Source: Octopus bimaculoides (lineage: Eukaryota). Taken from it: 64,000 bases of DNA. Shown here in pieces: positions 24,935 to 37,596 of this stretch. Both the position numbers and the translations under genes were made by a program. Below the pieces are notes generated by a model that saw only the letters and a program-made list of their open reading frames with translations, was not told the DNA's origin and ran no database searches. Positions within the stretch are counted from its first letter, which is position 1, and the number at the start of each line of letters is the position of its first letter. The DNA is taken from positions 134,581,465 through 134,645,464 of the forward strand of contig NC_068981.1 of assembly GCF_001194135.2 (NCBI RefSeq), written 5' to 3'.

Positions 24935-26441
24935 ATCTTCTTCTTCTTATTGCCTTTGCACACAGCTTCTAATGCTGGAGATGTACTACAGTCAGCTGTT
25001 CACTACCAGTGATCTAAAGTAACACCTTATTTTTCGAGCACCTTCCAGAGTATTCAAGCAGTTCTAAGCAGTGCTGTTTTCTGCAAGTGCTCCACCCTTA
25101 TTGCAGCCCCTATTTGTTCCATGTACTTCTCGAGACTTTTGCTCACTGTTCCCAGGGCTCCGACAATTATTGGTACTACTGCTACCTTTTTCATCGACCA
25201 ACCACAACTGCTTAACTTCCCAAGCTAACCTGTCATATTTCTCAACTTTTCTTTCTTACTTATCGCATTCCTTGTTGTCAGCTGGGCATGCTATATCTAT
25301 GATCCAGCATAGTGTGTTTTCTTTCTCAATTAAGACTATGACCGGCTTCCTATTCTCTATCGCATGGTCGCACTGAGTCATAAAATCCCATAGGATCTTT
25401 GTATTTCTATTTTCAACAATGCCTTCGGGTTTGTGGTCATACTAATTTTTTGCTCTGTCAAGTCCATACTTGTTGCAGAGTGTTCAATGGACAAGCCTGG
25501 CTATATTGTTGTGGGATTTCTTATATTCCTTCTGGGCTAGTGGCGTACATTGGCTGGTAATATGCCGTACGGTTTCACCAATTTGTCCACAGATTCTGCA
25601 CATATCACTTTCTGCTGTGTTGTCTATTCTGTATTTTATGTAGTTTGTTCTTAATGCTTGCTCTTCCGGTTTTAAATCACTTTTAGTCATCCACAGCCAT
25701 CTCTTTTCTCTGTCTGATTTATCTTCAACATCCCTATGAAATTGACCATGCATTCTTTTCTTTACCCACCTATTTTCAGTTTCATTCGTTTTCAATTTCT
25801 TGTACAGTGCTTTATCTTTGCAATCTTTCATCCTACACAAGCCTGACCTTCTTACTTCTAATAACAGCAGTTCTGTGGCATTTTTACATACCATGCTATG
25901 TTATTTCCTTCTGCTCTAATGCTGTGTTTGCATCCAATAAGTCCTATTCCCCCTCTTTTTCTTGGTACATACAGTCTATCTGTGTCACTTTTTGGGTGGA
26001 GTGACCCATATCTAGTTAGCAACTTCCTTGTCTTTCTGTCTAAGCTGTTTAGTTCATCTACTGTCCATGCTATTACCCTCACTCCATATCTAAGGAGTGA
26101 AACCACCCAGGTGTTGATAGATTTGATCTTAATCCATCCATTTAATTTCGACTTAAGGATCAGTCTCGGTCTGCGTAAGTACTCCACCTTAAATTTTTCT
26201 GTCATTTCTTTCTCCATCAATTTATCCATTTCCAAAATTCCCAAGTACTTATAGCCCATCTCTTCTATCTGCTTCATAACCTCCCCTGATGGTATTGTTA
26301 GCCTGTCCATACATTTGATTTTTCCTCTCTTCAAGGCTATAACACACCATACTTTCTCAGTCCAAACTCCATTCTGGTATCAGCACTGAGGGTATACACC
26401 GTATCAACGAGGGAACTGACTTGGGCTTCATCTTTACCATG
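24935..26441 (-). mobile_element. 5'-truncated, degraded R4/Dong-like non-LTR retrotransposon (RT C-half, CCHC knuckle, restriction-like endonuclease)
   Basis: Minus-strand motifs: GKDEAQVSSLVDTVYTLSADTRMEFGLRK, YKYLGILE, LHPKSDTDRLYVPRKRGG.GL, MHGQF, EQALRTNY, CRICGQIGETVRHITSQC..LAQKEYKKSHNNIARLVH, KILWDF...RKPVIVLIEK..CWIIDIACP, KVEKY, VVPIIVGALG. Terminal stop at 25027-25029, multiple internal stops and frameshifts. Clade assignment is by motif recall. Confidence 0.9.
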
Positions 26442-27127
26442 CCATCAGTAGGGCTTATAAAAGTGTCCTGTTAAGAATCAAGGCTAATTTTGGAATTGAG
26501 TTTTGATTTTGCTGCTGATACATTTCCTTATTTTACATTTATTTATCCATGAAAAATTTATTTTGAGTTTCTAAAAAAGAAAAATCTGTTATCTCAAAAG
26601 AAAATCAAATTATATTTTCTTTATTTAACGAATATGGACAATTCTGAAAATTGCATTTATGGAATGTAATTTTTTTTTCAGTTGAGGGAATTCTGATTGA
26701 GAATAATGAAAATTAAAAACAAAAATAAATGATTGAATGAAAACAAAAATTTAAAGTAAATATCAATAATATTGAAGTAAAGTTTGGTGGAAACATAACT
26801 CATTCATTATGACAGAATTAAAATAATGTTGTAATTGATTTTATAAAACCTCTTAAACCATAAAAATCCAAAATATATTATGCTTGAATATTTAAAAATA
26901 TTTTAATAGGTTTCCAGGACTACAATATTTTAATGTGTCCTTCCTTTTTTATACCTTTTCAAAACTAATTTAAGAGAAATTTGGCTGATATTTCTACCAG
27001 GTTGAGTGACAAAGCACAGGCTATCCCATTGGCTCATCACACTTTTTATAGTTCTACTGGAATGCGAGTAATACAACCACCTGATATGTAATATTTATTC
27101 ATTCTTTTTTTCTTTTTATTCTTTCAC

Positions 27128-27330
27128 TTCTTCCATTCATTTGACTGCAGCCATGCTGGAGCACTGCCTTGAAGGATTTTGTTTGACCAATTCGACCTCA
27201 GGGCTTATCTTTTAAGCCTAGTACTTATTCTGTTGGTCACTTTTGCTAAACTGCTAAGTTACGGGTGTAAACACACCAACACCAGTTAAGCGGTGATGGA
27301 GGGACACACACAAGCTCCAAGACACACACA

Positions 27331-27376
<46 letters not shown>

Positions 27377-27530
27377 ATGCGATCCTTTCAGTTTCTGTCT
27401 ACCAAATCCACTCACAAAGCTTTAGTTAGCCCAAGGCTATAATAGAAGACAACTTGCCCAAGGTGCCATGCAGTAGGACTGAACCTGGAACCATGTGGTG
27501 AGGAAGCAAGCTTATTACCACAAAGCTATG
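27128..27530 (-). mobile_element. Full-length SINE-B
   Basis: Collinear with 18213-18868. Confidence 0.85.
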
Positions 27531-28369
27531 TATTTTAATAAGTTTCAATATTTGTCTAAGTTCATTGTGAAACTGTTTTGTTGTATTTATCTATATTATA
27601 TAAGATAGTATTAGCTTGACTGGTTTGTCTTGTAAATTGTCCATTTTACCATGCTGGCATCACTTGGACAGGAATTCATTTTGTAGCGGGATTTCTCAGC
27701 CAGATGTTATTTTTTGTTGCCAACCCTCCCCTGTTTTTCAGATAAGGGATTTTACATTCCACAGATCATTGAAAGCACAGAACAGCTGGTTGTAACGTCA
27801 ATACAGAATGTAAATATCTGCACTGATTGATTTTACTCAATTGATCACAAAGGAAATATCAGCATCCATGCACATATGTTCAAACACATGCATGTACATA
27901 TATGTTCATATGTATATACTTACATATATATATATACATGCATGTGTATATGCTTACACATACAGACATTTATGCAAATGCATGTGTGTATACTTACACA
28001 CACATATACACACCATGATGGACTTAATACAGTTTCCATCTACTAAATTTATTCACAAGGCATTAGTTGGCTCAGTCTCTGGTAGAAGACACTTGCCCAA
28101 GGTACTGCACACAGAACTGAACCTGAAACCACCAAAATAAATTTCTTAACCACATAGCTATATCTGCACCTATATACACTGGGACGGAATACATAAAAAT
28201 TGAAATAATTTCACTAAAATGTTATCATTTAATATAAATATTTAATTATCAAACTATTCATTGATTTCCCTAACTATAAACAAGTTGGTTCAGAAGGATC
28301 ATAATACATACATCTGAATTATGTCACTTGCAGTTGTTATTGTGGTCCTTCCTATTTTACTGATATAGA

Positions 28370-28650
28370 GTGTGATTTGAGGAAGATTTGGTTTCTATTT
28401 CTAGCAGGAGGAGCAACCATGTAGTGGCTCCCTTATTGGCTTGATGAATTTGTAGATCTGTTGTTGTTTGACTTCATTTCAGATCTGACCAAATACATAA
28501 TGACCAAAAACACTCCATCTACAATTATCCTCTCTCTTAGTGTCAAGTGTATTCTTCCTTGATTAAAATGGTAAGGTGTTATTTGAAGTTGATTTGGCTG
28601 CTATTTGTAGTTGGTCAAACTACCATGTAGCAGTCCCTTTATTGGCTTGC
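28370..28650. repeat. Two copies (~205 bp apart) of the dispersed gatttggctgctatttctagcagg family
   Basis: 28370-28444 and 28575-28650 share gatttgg.t.ctattt.tag...accatgtag.....c.ttattggcttg. Confidence 0.7.
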
Positions 28651-30056
28651 ATATCCTTTAATAATCATTGATAAGAATCAATTATACCTCTCAAAATTTG
28701 ATGCTTTGTATTTCTGTTAGGAATCAACTGTAGTTCAATATTGTGAATGATAATTGCTACAAGAGGTCTAATCATAGATCATGAAAGTAGAACTGGAGAA
28801 AAGGTTGTAGTTTCTCCAGGTCATCCACACAACTTTGAAATTTGATGTAGTTTTATGGTCTGAAAAGGCAAAGCTGATTATCTTGATCAAGCTCACAGTC
28901 CCATAGGAAGGAGAGTATCTTTGAATAGAATCTTACCAAATACCGGAACCAATTACAGGATTGCAGGGAGATAGGGTGGCTATTTTCAGTATGGAGAATA
29001 TATATAGAATGCTTACAGCCAATGGAAAAATAAGTAAAGAAAGTAAGGTAGCTCTTTAAAGAAGGTGGGGAGGCAAAAGAAAGAGCCTCTTGATCATTAT
29101 GGAACAAGAGAACAGAGTTAAACTGAGTCAGGAGGAGAAATGAGTAGTAATTTGGCCACCATTACCAACCGACCAATGGGTGGGTGTTACAGATCAAGGT
29201 TGTAACACCTTATGGTCATTGGATACTGTCTGATAACATCAATTCCTTCTGATCAGATCTTCATTCATCACAGAGGAATGAAGAAGCGTCTTCTTTTAGA
29301 TTTAATCAATATCATATTGCTAAATCTTTGCCATATTTAGCATCATGGCAACTATTTCTGAGATTCACCTACCTGCAATTATTCTGTATCTTTAATCTTT
29401 GTAAGGAGAAAATAATATCATATTCTTGCACAATTTAGTATATATGCCAAAGCATTTGTTAATCTGTGATATTTCAGAGACTGAAACATATATTACAAGC
29501 TTCATAGTGTACTGTAAATATAGATTAATGATGGTCTGCTATTCACTTGATTGCATTTTGCTTCTTAGCAAAAGCTGCTAACTGATATTGAACATGACAT
29601 CTCAACTACTGAAACCTAACTGAATACATGTATAATATTGATGCTTTGTATATAACTCTGTACAGCTTTACATTTCTTTTCTGTCTAGAGAATTACTCTG
29701 GTAGAAATAAAGATATTTAATTTCTCTATTTAATGTGTTAAATATATCAATTGACAGCTAGGGCAAGAAATTGGTGTTCCATGAAAGCGGAAGTTAAATA
29801 AAAAATAAATAAATTTCTTACTGGCCAGCAAAAATAAAATATATAGTTGTTGAAAGAAATTGATATTTAGCTGACTAATTTATATTTTTATCACTAAATT
29901 GAAACCAGGATAATCTTGCTAATCCATATTAAATGCATTGATAGGTGATTGGCAATGATCTGTGAGCCAACTATTATATCATGAATTGTCATTTATATTT
30001 ATATATATTTACAGATAAAGCAATGTACTAATTTTATTTTACATTATATTACTATA

Positions 30057-30268
30057 TCTGGCAGAATTGTCAGAATGCTGGGCGAAATGCTTATTGGTAT
30101 TTAGTCTGTTGCTACATTCTGAGTTCAAATTCCGCCGAGGTCAGCTTTGCTTTCATCCTTTTGAGGTTGATAAATCAAGTACCAGTTGAGTACTGGGGTT
30201 GATGTAATCGACTATCCCCCTCCCCTAAATTTCAGGCCTTGTGCCTATAGTAGAAAGAATTATATTAC
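30057..30268 (+). mobile_element. SINE-A
   Basis: ctggcagaa...gagttcaaattccgccgagg...ccttgtgcctatagtagaaagaattat. Confidence 0.85.
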
Positions 30269-30644
30269 TATTTCTTTGTTGTTAGCATTGTTGGCTTCAG
30301 GTTTCCAATGGGCCAGTTATTGGTTCACTTCATTTCTAGTAATGAGAGTGACAAGGAAGTATCTAACTCAATGCAGGACAAATACCTTAAAGAACTTCAT
30401 TAATGAAACACCAGTTTCTCACTGATGTTTATATCTCACCATTATACACCAGTAAAAGAGAAAAGTACATGCGCGCACACACACACACACACACATTATT
30501 ATGCAGTTTCCACCTAGCACTCACAAAGTATTGGGTGATGTAAGGTTATGGTAGAAGGTGCCTCACAGTGAGATTAAACAAAACCATGTGGCTGCAAAAC
30601 AAATCTCTTAACCACATAGTTCCTATCCATAGATAACTGAAACA

Positions 30645-30895
30645 TCCTCATTTAACGTCCATTTGCTATGCTGGCATGGGTTAGACTGTTTGACTGGAAC
30701 TGATGAGCCAGAGAGCTGCATCAGGTTCCAGTCTGATTTGGCAAGGTTTCTATGGCTGGATGCCCTTCTTTATGCTAACCACTCCAAGAATGTAATGGGT
30801 GCTTTCACGTGCCACCAGCATGGGTGCCATTTACATGACACTGACAACAACCATGACTACAATTCACAGGTGCCATTTACATTACACTGGCAACA
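30645..30895 (-). mobile_element. RTE 3' UTR copy (family C)
   Basis: tttaacgtcc...gctggcatgggtt...ggctggatgcccttc. Confidence 0.8.
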
Positions 30896-31747
30896 AATAA
30901 AGAAAATCAAACATAATAATAATGTATCAGACTGAGAGACAAATACCACTGGAAGATTATCTCCATTATTTGTTTAGTAGTCGTGGGTAGATTGAGTGCA
31001 AAACACATTCTCTGGTTTGGTTAAATAGCATGAAATTGGTTTACATCTTGTTCAACCTACTAATAGCCAAATCTCCCTCAACTCTCTCATTTGTCTGGAA
31101 TAAAATATGTGGTGGATACAGCTGAAATACTTTGATCTAAGACTAAAAAATGAGAACAACTATCACGTTGTTTAGGAGCTGTTACTATTGTCAGATACAT
31201 AACTGTAAGGTAACCTCTCATAAAGAATTCAGTAGGTACTGATCACATAACATCTAATTTAATTTGTGGAATATGAAAGTAACCAAAAAGGTGTGTATGT
31301 GTGTGTGTGTGTGTGTGTGGCTCAGTGTGTCAGTGAAGGACATAAGTAAAATAAAGAATCATGTTACTGGTATTCTTGAAAACTGTCACCTTGTTCAGAA
31401 TATCAACTGTTTCAGTTTCTGTGTTTTGGAGCATGATAGTTTTGGTATCATTTCAGACATTTATTCAAGAGAGAGAAAAAACAGGTTTCTAGGTGATAAA
31501 GTAAGGGTTTCTAGATAGAGTAGCTAAAGAATATATTCTGTTAAATATGACATTATTATGATTTACGGTAAATGACTTTCATTTCAAATTTTTTTTTCCT
31601 AATGTTCTAATCAAAGGTTTTCAAATGAACTTACCAATTATTCAGCCAACCATGCCTATGCCCACACTTATTATGACTGGATAAGTGAGAGTAGATAGAA
31701 CTGAAACATTTTTTAAAAATGGTTTTAATTCAATAAAAATAATTGTC

Positions 31748-32765
31748 AGGCACAAGTATAGCTGTAAGGAGGAATTCCGACCATGTTTCGTGGTTCACTA
31801 CCTCAACAGCTCCTTTATAGGGTCCAGTGGATAAAGATATCATCAGGAGGAACCACGTCTGGTTTCAGCCCCTACTCCTCTACCGTTTTTAACATTGCCC
31901 CTCCTCCCCTTCGAAGGTGTCTTCAGCTCTGGTATTGAGTGCATTTTTCTCTTTCTCCTTTTTATCTTTTGCTCTTTGGTTTCTTCGATGCAGTGTCAAC
32001 GAATGTCAGCGGGTGAATGACCATCCTACCAAATTTCCCTTTCAATACTCACCGGTATGGTCCAGCAGCCAGCACCAGCTAACTGTCACGTGACACTGTC
32101 TAAGCTTCAACTGAAGCAAGCTTTGCAATGATGTGGTTTCAGGTTCATTCCCACTGCATAGCATCATCTTAGGCAAGTGTCCTCCACTGTAGTCCAAGAC
32201 CAACTAATGTCCTGTGAATGAATTTGGTAGATGGAAACTGTGTGGAAGCCTATCACACGTGTGTGTATCTGTCTGTGTTTGTTCTCTCCCCTTCCCCCAC
32301 CACTTGGCAACTGGTGTTGATCTGTTTATATCCCTGTAACTTTGCAGTTCAGCAACAGATACCAATAGCATAAGTCACATGATCATGTGATCACGTGACC
32401 AACTAGACTATCAGATGCTGTTACACATCGCTGGTCACAATGCACTTTTTGCATTGTTTTAGCCTTCGAATGATACCACCCCGCTGTCTAGGCAAGCAGG
32501 TCAACATTCTTCCTTGATTGAAAGGGGGACTGGAGCAACATAAAATGAAGGGTTTTGCTCAAGAGCACAACACACTGCCTGGTCTTTGAATCGAACCCAT
32601 GATCTAGCAATTGTGAGTCCAGCAGCCCAACCACTAGGTCATGTGCCTAGAATAAGTACCGGACATAAAGAACAAAATAAATACTGGGGTGGATTTGTTC
32701 AGCTAAAACTCTTCAAGGCAGTGACTTGGTATGGCTGCAATCCAATGAGTGAAACAGGCAAAAGA
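31748..32765 (+). mobile_element. SINE-B carrying two nested insertions (~31766-32110 and 32376-32647)
   Basis: Head aggcacaagtatagctgt resumes at about 32113, body 32120-32375, tail 32648-32765. Confidence 0.7.
32376..32647 (-). mobile_element. SINE-D with ~10-bp TSD
   Basis: TSD tagcataagt (32366-32375) / tagaataagt (32648-32657). Head on the minus strand ggcacatgacctagtggttggg...gggttcgattc. Confidence 0.8.
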
Positions 32766-33263
32766 TAAAAAATACACAGATACACTTCAGTTTGAATTAT
32801 CTTATTTGCAGCATAAATTCAATAAGAAAATGCAGTGTTGATATTTAAGGTGACCTAGAACTCAACAACTGCCAGGATAGGCTGAATGTGAGTAGAGAAA
32901 AATGACCAGGAATGCATGCAACATAGATTATATGGCTTCTATTTAAGGCAGGAGGAAATGTTTGTCCATCAATCCTGTGCGCCTCATTGATTTGAAATTT
33001 ATACTGTATGGGACCACTTGATATTTGATTTATAGAGAACAATAGATGAGCTATTTAAAGCTGCATAAGTAGTTAGGAAGTACAAAGGAGTTAGTAATAG
33101 AGCATCTGACAAACATTATGAGCTGCAGTGTTTTAGCATTTGATCAATCTATAAATATAATGTGGATTTTCTTATGTCTTTTTCTCTTATCCTCTCTCTT
33201 TTATTATATTGTTATTATTGCATATTTATCTGCCATCTGTGTGTGTGTATTTATAATGCACAT

Positions 33264-33264
<1 letters not shown>

Positions 33265-33328
<64 letters not shown>

Positions 33329-33357
33329 TTTTCTCTCTTTCTATCTATCTCTTTCTT

Positions 33358-33388
<31 letters not shown>

Positions 33389-33397
33389 TTCTCTCTT

Positions 33398-33435
<38 letters not shown>
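33265..33435. repeat. Compound (CT)n/(ATCT)n microsatellite
   Basis: Seen directly. Confidence 0.95.
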
Positions 33436-33690
33436 ATATTTCCAATGTTCTTAGAAATGAGTTCATTGACCATAAAGAAATTAGCTTTTGAATATCAGGG
33501 TTCAATGTCCAGCAAAAGTTTTATTTTTTAATACCAGAGGCTTTTTACACTTAAGTAATAATAAAATAATAATACTAAAATTACTACTAATAATAACATT
33601 CATGATGATGAAGATAGTGGTGAATGTGGTGGTGGCTGTTTAGTCCCAGCCCTGCCCTTATTGTGTGTTCTAGCCCTTTCCATCCTATTT

Positions 33691-33769
<79 letters not shown>

Positions 33770-34000
33770 TTGAAGTGTACAGTATTATGTAACCATTATG
33801 GTTATGGCCAATCTTTCCAATTGGTTTTGAATTAGGGATTCAACGGGATGATAGATAACCCTAAGTGTGAAATAAATTGGTAAGATTGACCATAATAGAT
33901 ATATAATACACTGTATACTTTGATTAATTTGCCCACTCTTTTGACAAATATAAGAGTGCATATTTTTTCTGACTTATGGATTTTCAGATGAAATATATAT

Positions 34001-34960
34001 ATCATCATCATCATCATCATCGTTTAACGTCCGCTTTCCATGCTAGCATGGGTTGGACGATTTGACTGAGGACTGGTGAAACCGGATGGCAACACCAGGC
34101 TCCAGTCTGATTTGGCAGAGTTTCTACAGCTGGATGCCCTTCCTAACGCCAACCACTCAGAGAGTGTAGTGGGTGCTTTTACGTGTCACCCGCACGAAAA
34201 CGGCCACGCTCGAAATGGTGTCTTTTATGTGCCNNNNNNNNNNNNNNNNNNNNNNNNNNNNNNNNNNNNNNNNNNNNNNNNNNNNNNNNNNNNNNNNNNN
34301 NNNNNNNNNNNNNNNNNNNNNNNNNNNNNNNNNNNNNNNNNNNNNNNNNNNNNNNNNNNNNNNNNNNNNNNNNNNNNNNNNNNNNNNNNNNNNNNNNNNN
34401 NNNNNNNNNNNNNNNNNNNNNNNNNNNNNNNNNNNNNNNNNNNNNNNNNNNNNNNNNNNNNNNNNNNNNNNNNNNNNNNNNNNNNNNNNNNNNNNNNNNN
34501 NNNNNNNNNNNNNNNNNNNNNNNNNNNNNNNNNNNNNNNNNNNNNNNNNNNNNNNNNNNNNNNNNNNNNNNNNNNNNNNNNNNNNNNNNNNNNNNNNNNN
34601 NNNNNNNNNNNNNNNNNNNNNNNNNNNNNNNNNNNNNNNNNNNNNNNNNNNNNNNNNNNNNNNNNNNNNNNNNNNNNNNNNNNNNNNNNNNNNNNNNNNN
34701 NNNNNNNNNNNNNNNNNNNNNNNNNNNNNNNNNNNNNNNNNNNNNNNNNNNNNNNNNNNNNNNNNNNNNNNNNNNNNNTAATGTTCAGCTTTTCTCTCAA
34801 GATACTTACACTCTGACGGGTATTCACATTGACATTACACATCCAACGGAGCATACTGGCTTCATTCCTTGCGAGCTTACGTATGTCCTCAGCAGTTACA
34901 GCCCATGTTTCACTGCCATGTAGCATGGTTGTTCGTACGCATGCGTCATACAGTCTGCGG
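34001..34960 (-). mobile_element. Young 5'-truncated RTE LINE spanning gap 34234-34778
   Basis: Minus-strand RLYDACVRTTMLHGSETWAVTAEDIRKLARNEASMLRWMCNVNVNTRQSVSILREKLNI (RTE post-RT region) on one side of the gap. A CpG-rich family-C 3' UTR with (GAT)n tail lies on the other side in the same orientation. Confidence 0.85.
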
Positions 34961-34966
34961 TTGTTC

Positions 34967-35006
<40 letters not shown>

Positions 35007-35401
35007 GAACTATATTGTTCAAGCTGTCCTTCCTTTTATTTTTAAGATGGTAACATTTGATTTGAGGGAACTTAGCTGCTACATAGAAGTTCCTTTGATA
35101 ACTCATTGACCAGGAGTAAAATCCCTTACCACATGGCATAATGCATACATCTAATAGCAAATGCATCAGATGCAGAACAAGTCATATCAGGTATGTCCTT
35201 GTTTGTTTAGACAGAAAAGAAAGAAGCCATAGTAGACTTATACATGTCTGCAAACTCACACAATAATAGCACATATAAAGAAAGTGCACATAGTTATATG
35301 TACTAGATGCTTCAAATCTTGGTACAAAATTTGATCCCAGCTTCACTAAAATGTAATACAGACAAATTTGAATACCAACTATAGCCACCACAAGATCCAA
35401 T

Positions 35402-35800
35402 CCTTGTTATAGTGCAATGGCTTGTGTGCATCAATGACTCTGAGTGCTATGCCAGTGGGAGTGCAAGCTCCTGGTAGGTCCTACCATGTTGGACAGGTCA
35501 AAGATTAGAGGGGCCAGAATATTATGGACCACCTCTTCCCAAAGGTAAAAATAGGTGTGCATTGAGCCAACACCCCTACCTAGAAAAAAGCAAAGTTTAC
35601 AGAAGCATCAGTGACAATTTAAAACCAACAAGACCTGGGAGAGGAAGGCCTTTCCTCAGGGAAACATGATATGCACCAAAATCTGAAAAGACATCCTAAA
35701 AATAGCTGGGTGTTAGATACTGAAGTAGAGCTGGAAAACCATGGATGCAGCTAAAGAAAAGAAGAAAAGACAATCCAGATTTGAGAATACTGAAATGAAA
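35402..35800 (+). mobile_element. Second RTE 5'-UTR-containing short derivative
   Basis: 35402-35640 is collinear with the reverse complement of 23950-24188. Confidence 0.65.
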
Positions 35801-37596
35801 TGAATATATTATTGAAGCATTGTTTTACAGATACATGTACTTGCTTGTTCTGCAGTAAAGAATATTTTGTTTCACATGTTTTTGAAGGTACAAAACCAGT
35901 GGAAAATTCATTGACAGAATATGACAAGAATATGACAACACTACTTTTGTCTCAGTGATTTTTGGAAAAGCACAGACGTAAAGAAACACACATGTGCACA
36001 TACATACACTCATGCACATACATACACTCACTCACAAAATATTGGACTTCTATTAGTTCCTGTCTAACAAATCATTTACAAAGCTTTTGTCAGACTTGGG
36101 GTGTAGTAGAAGACGCTTGCCCAAGGTACCACATAGAGAGATTGAACTCAAAATCATGTGGTTGCAAAGTGAACTTCTCACCCAGACGGCTATGTCTGTT
36201 CCTATCATAACACACACACACACACACACACACATGCACACGCACAAATACACGTGTGTTTATGTAGATATCATCAATGTAAGAGACATACTCACACAAA
36301 CATGCATAGATGCTCTTACAAAGTAACACAAATAATATACTCAGTTAAGCTTAGTAATTTACAGTAAGTCTTAGTGAATAAGCCTTTGTAGTTAGGTGTG
36401 CAAGTGCATGTTGACATTTGTGCTAAACACATATACATACATGGGTGTTTAGCACACATACATTTGTACACACATACATTAATGCATCTATACATGAATG
36501 TACACTTACATACATAAATAGATGCATGCATGTTCATACTACTATTAACCTGTGGTAATAAGAAAATTATCTAAATTCTGATTATAGTTGAAATCTCTTT
36601 CTCTTAGATGACTATATAGATTTCTATTAAACTGTTAAAGGGGTGAAGTTGCCATTAAAAATCAAAATCTTCATTTCTTATCAGCAGGAAACCACTTTTG
36701 TTGCATGTAAAGCTTGCTTCTTGTTTGTTACCTCCTTCAGTTTTTAGTCGCATCTACCTGTACATACGACTACAGGTATATGTTGTGACATTGATTCTCT
36801 ACTACTTTCACTAACACAGCTGCTGCTTTTATCATTATCTAATTGTGTTGTTGTTGTTGTCGTACAAATGATTCATTAATTTCTACCGCTAGCAACGCAG
36901 GCTATCATTATATTGCCATCATTGTCCACATATTCATCTATCATTTGTGTTCAACTATACTTATCCTTCAAGAATCTGTGTTCATGAGTGTGCATGCATG
37001 AGTGTGTGTGTGTGTGTGTATGTATATGTGCATGCACGCATGTGTTTCTGTGTGTGACTTCTTTTGACAATTGCAGACTGGTGCTTACATAGAAGCCATA
37101 TCACTCATTATGGAGATAAATCACTATCTACTGTTATGAATTCTAAAATGTGTGAAAAAATCATCATTTGCAGATGTGACTCAGACTCACTACCTTGCTC
37201 TCGCAACTTGCACAGCTCTGCTTCTAACCTATTTTTCCTGTCTTCAGTACAACTCTGCTGTTTTATTACCATTGTGATTTCACTATTATAATTACTATTG
37301 ACCCTTTAGTTAACGGATATTACTTTGTCTAGTTTTGCTTCTATGTTATAATTCACGTAATTTTTTTTTTTTTGTCTTATCACAAGAAACTTACAGTTAT
37401 TTATTGGTGTATATGTAAATGCGAGCCTATCCTATGGCTGTGTGGTTAAGAAGTTTTCTTTACAACCATGTAGTTTCAGGTTTAATCCCATTGCACAGCA
37501 CAGTGGGTAAGTGTCTTCAAATATAACCCCAAATCAACGAATGTCTTATGAATAAATTTTAGTTGATAGAGACTGTGCAGAAGTCTATATATAGAT

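Noticed and set aside
33118-33531. Hydrophobic/Ser-Leu ORFs resembling membrane proteins (also 43298-43653, 51820-52137)
   Set aside because: Translations of (CT)n/(GA)n/(ATCT)n repeats.
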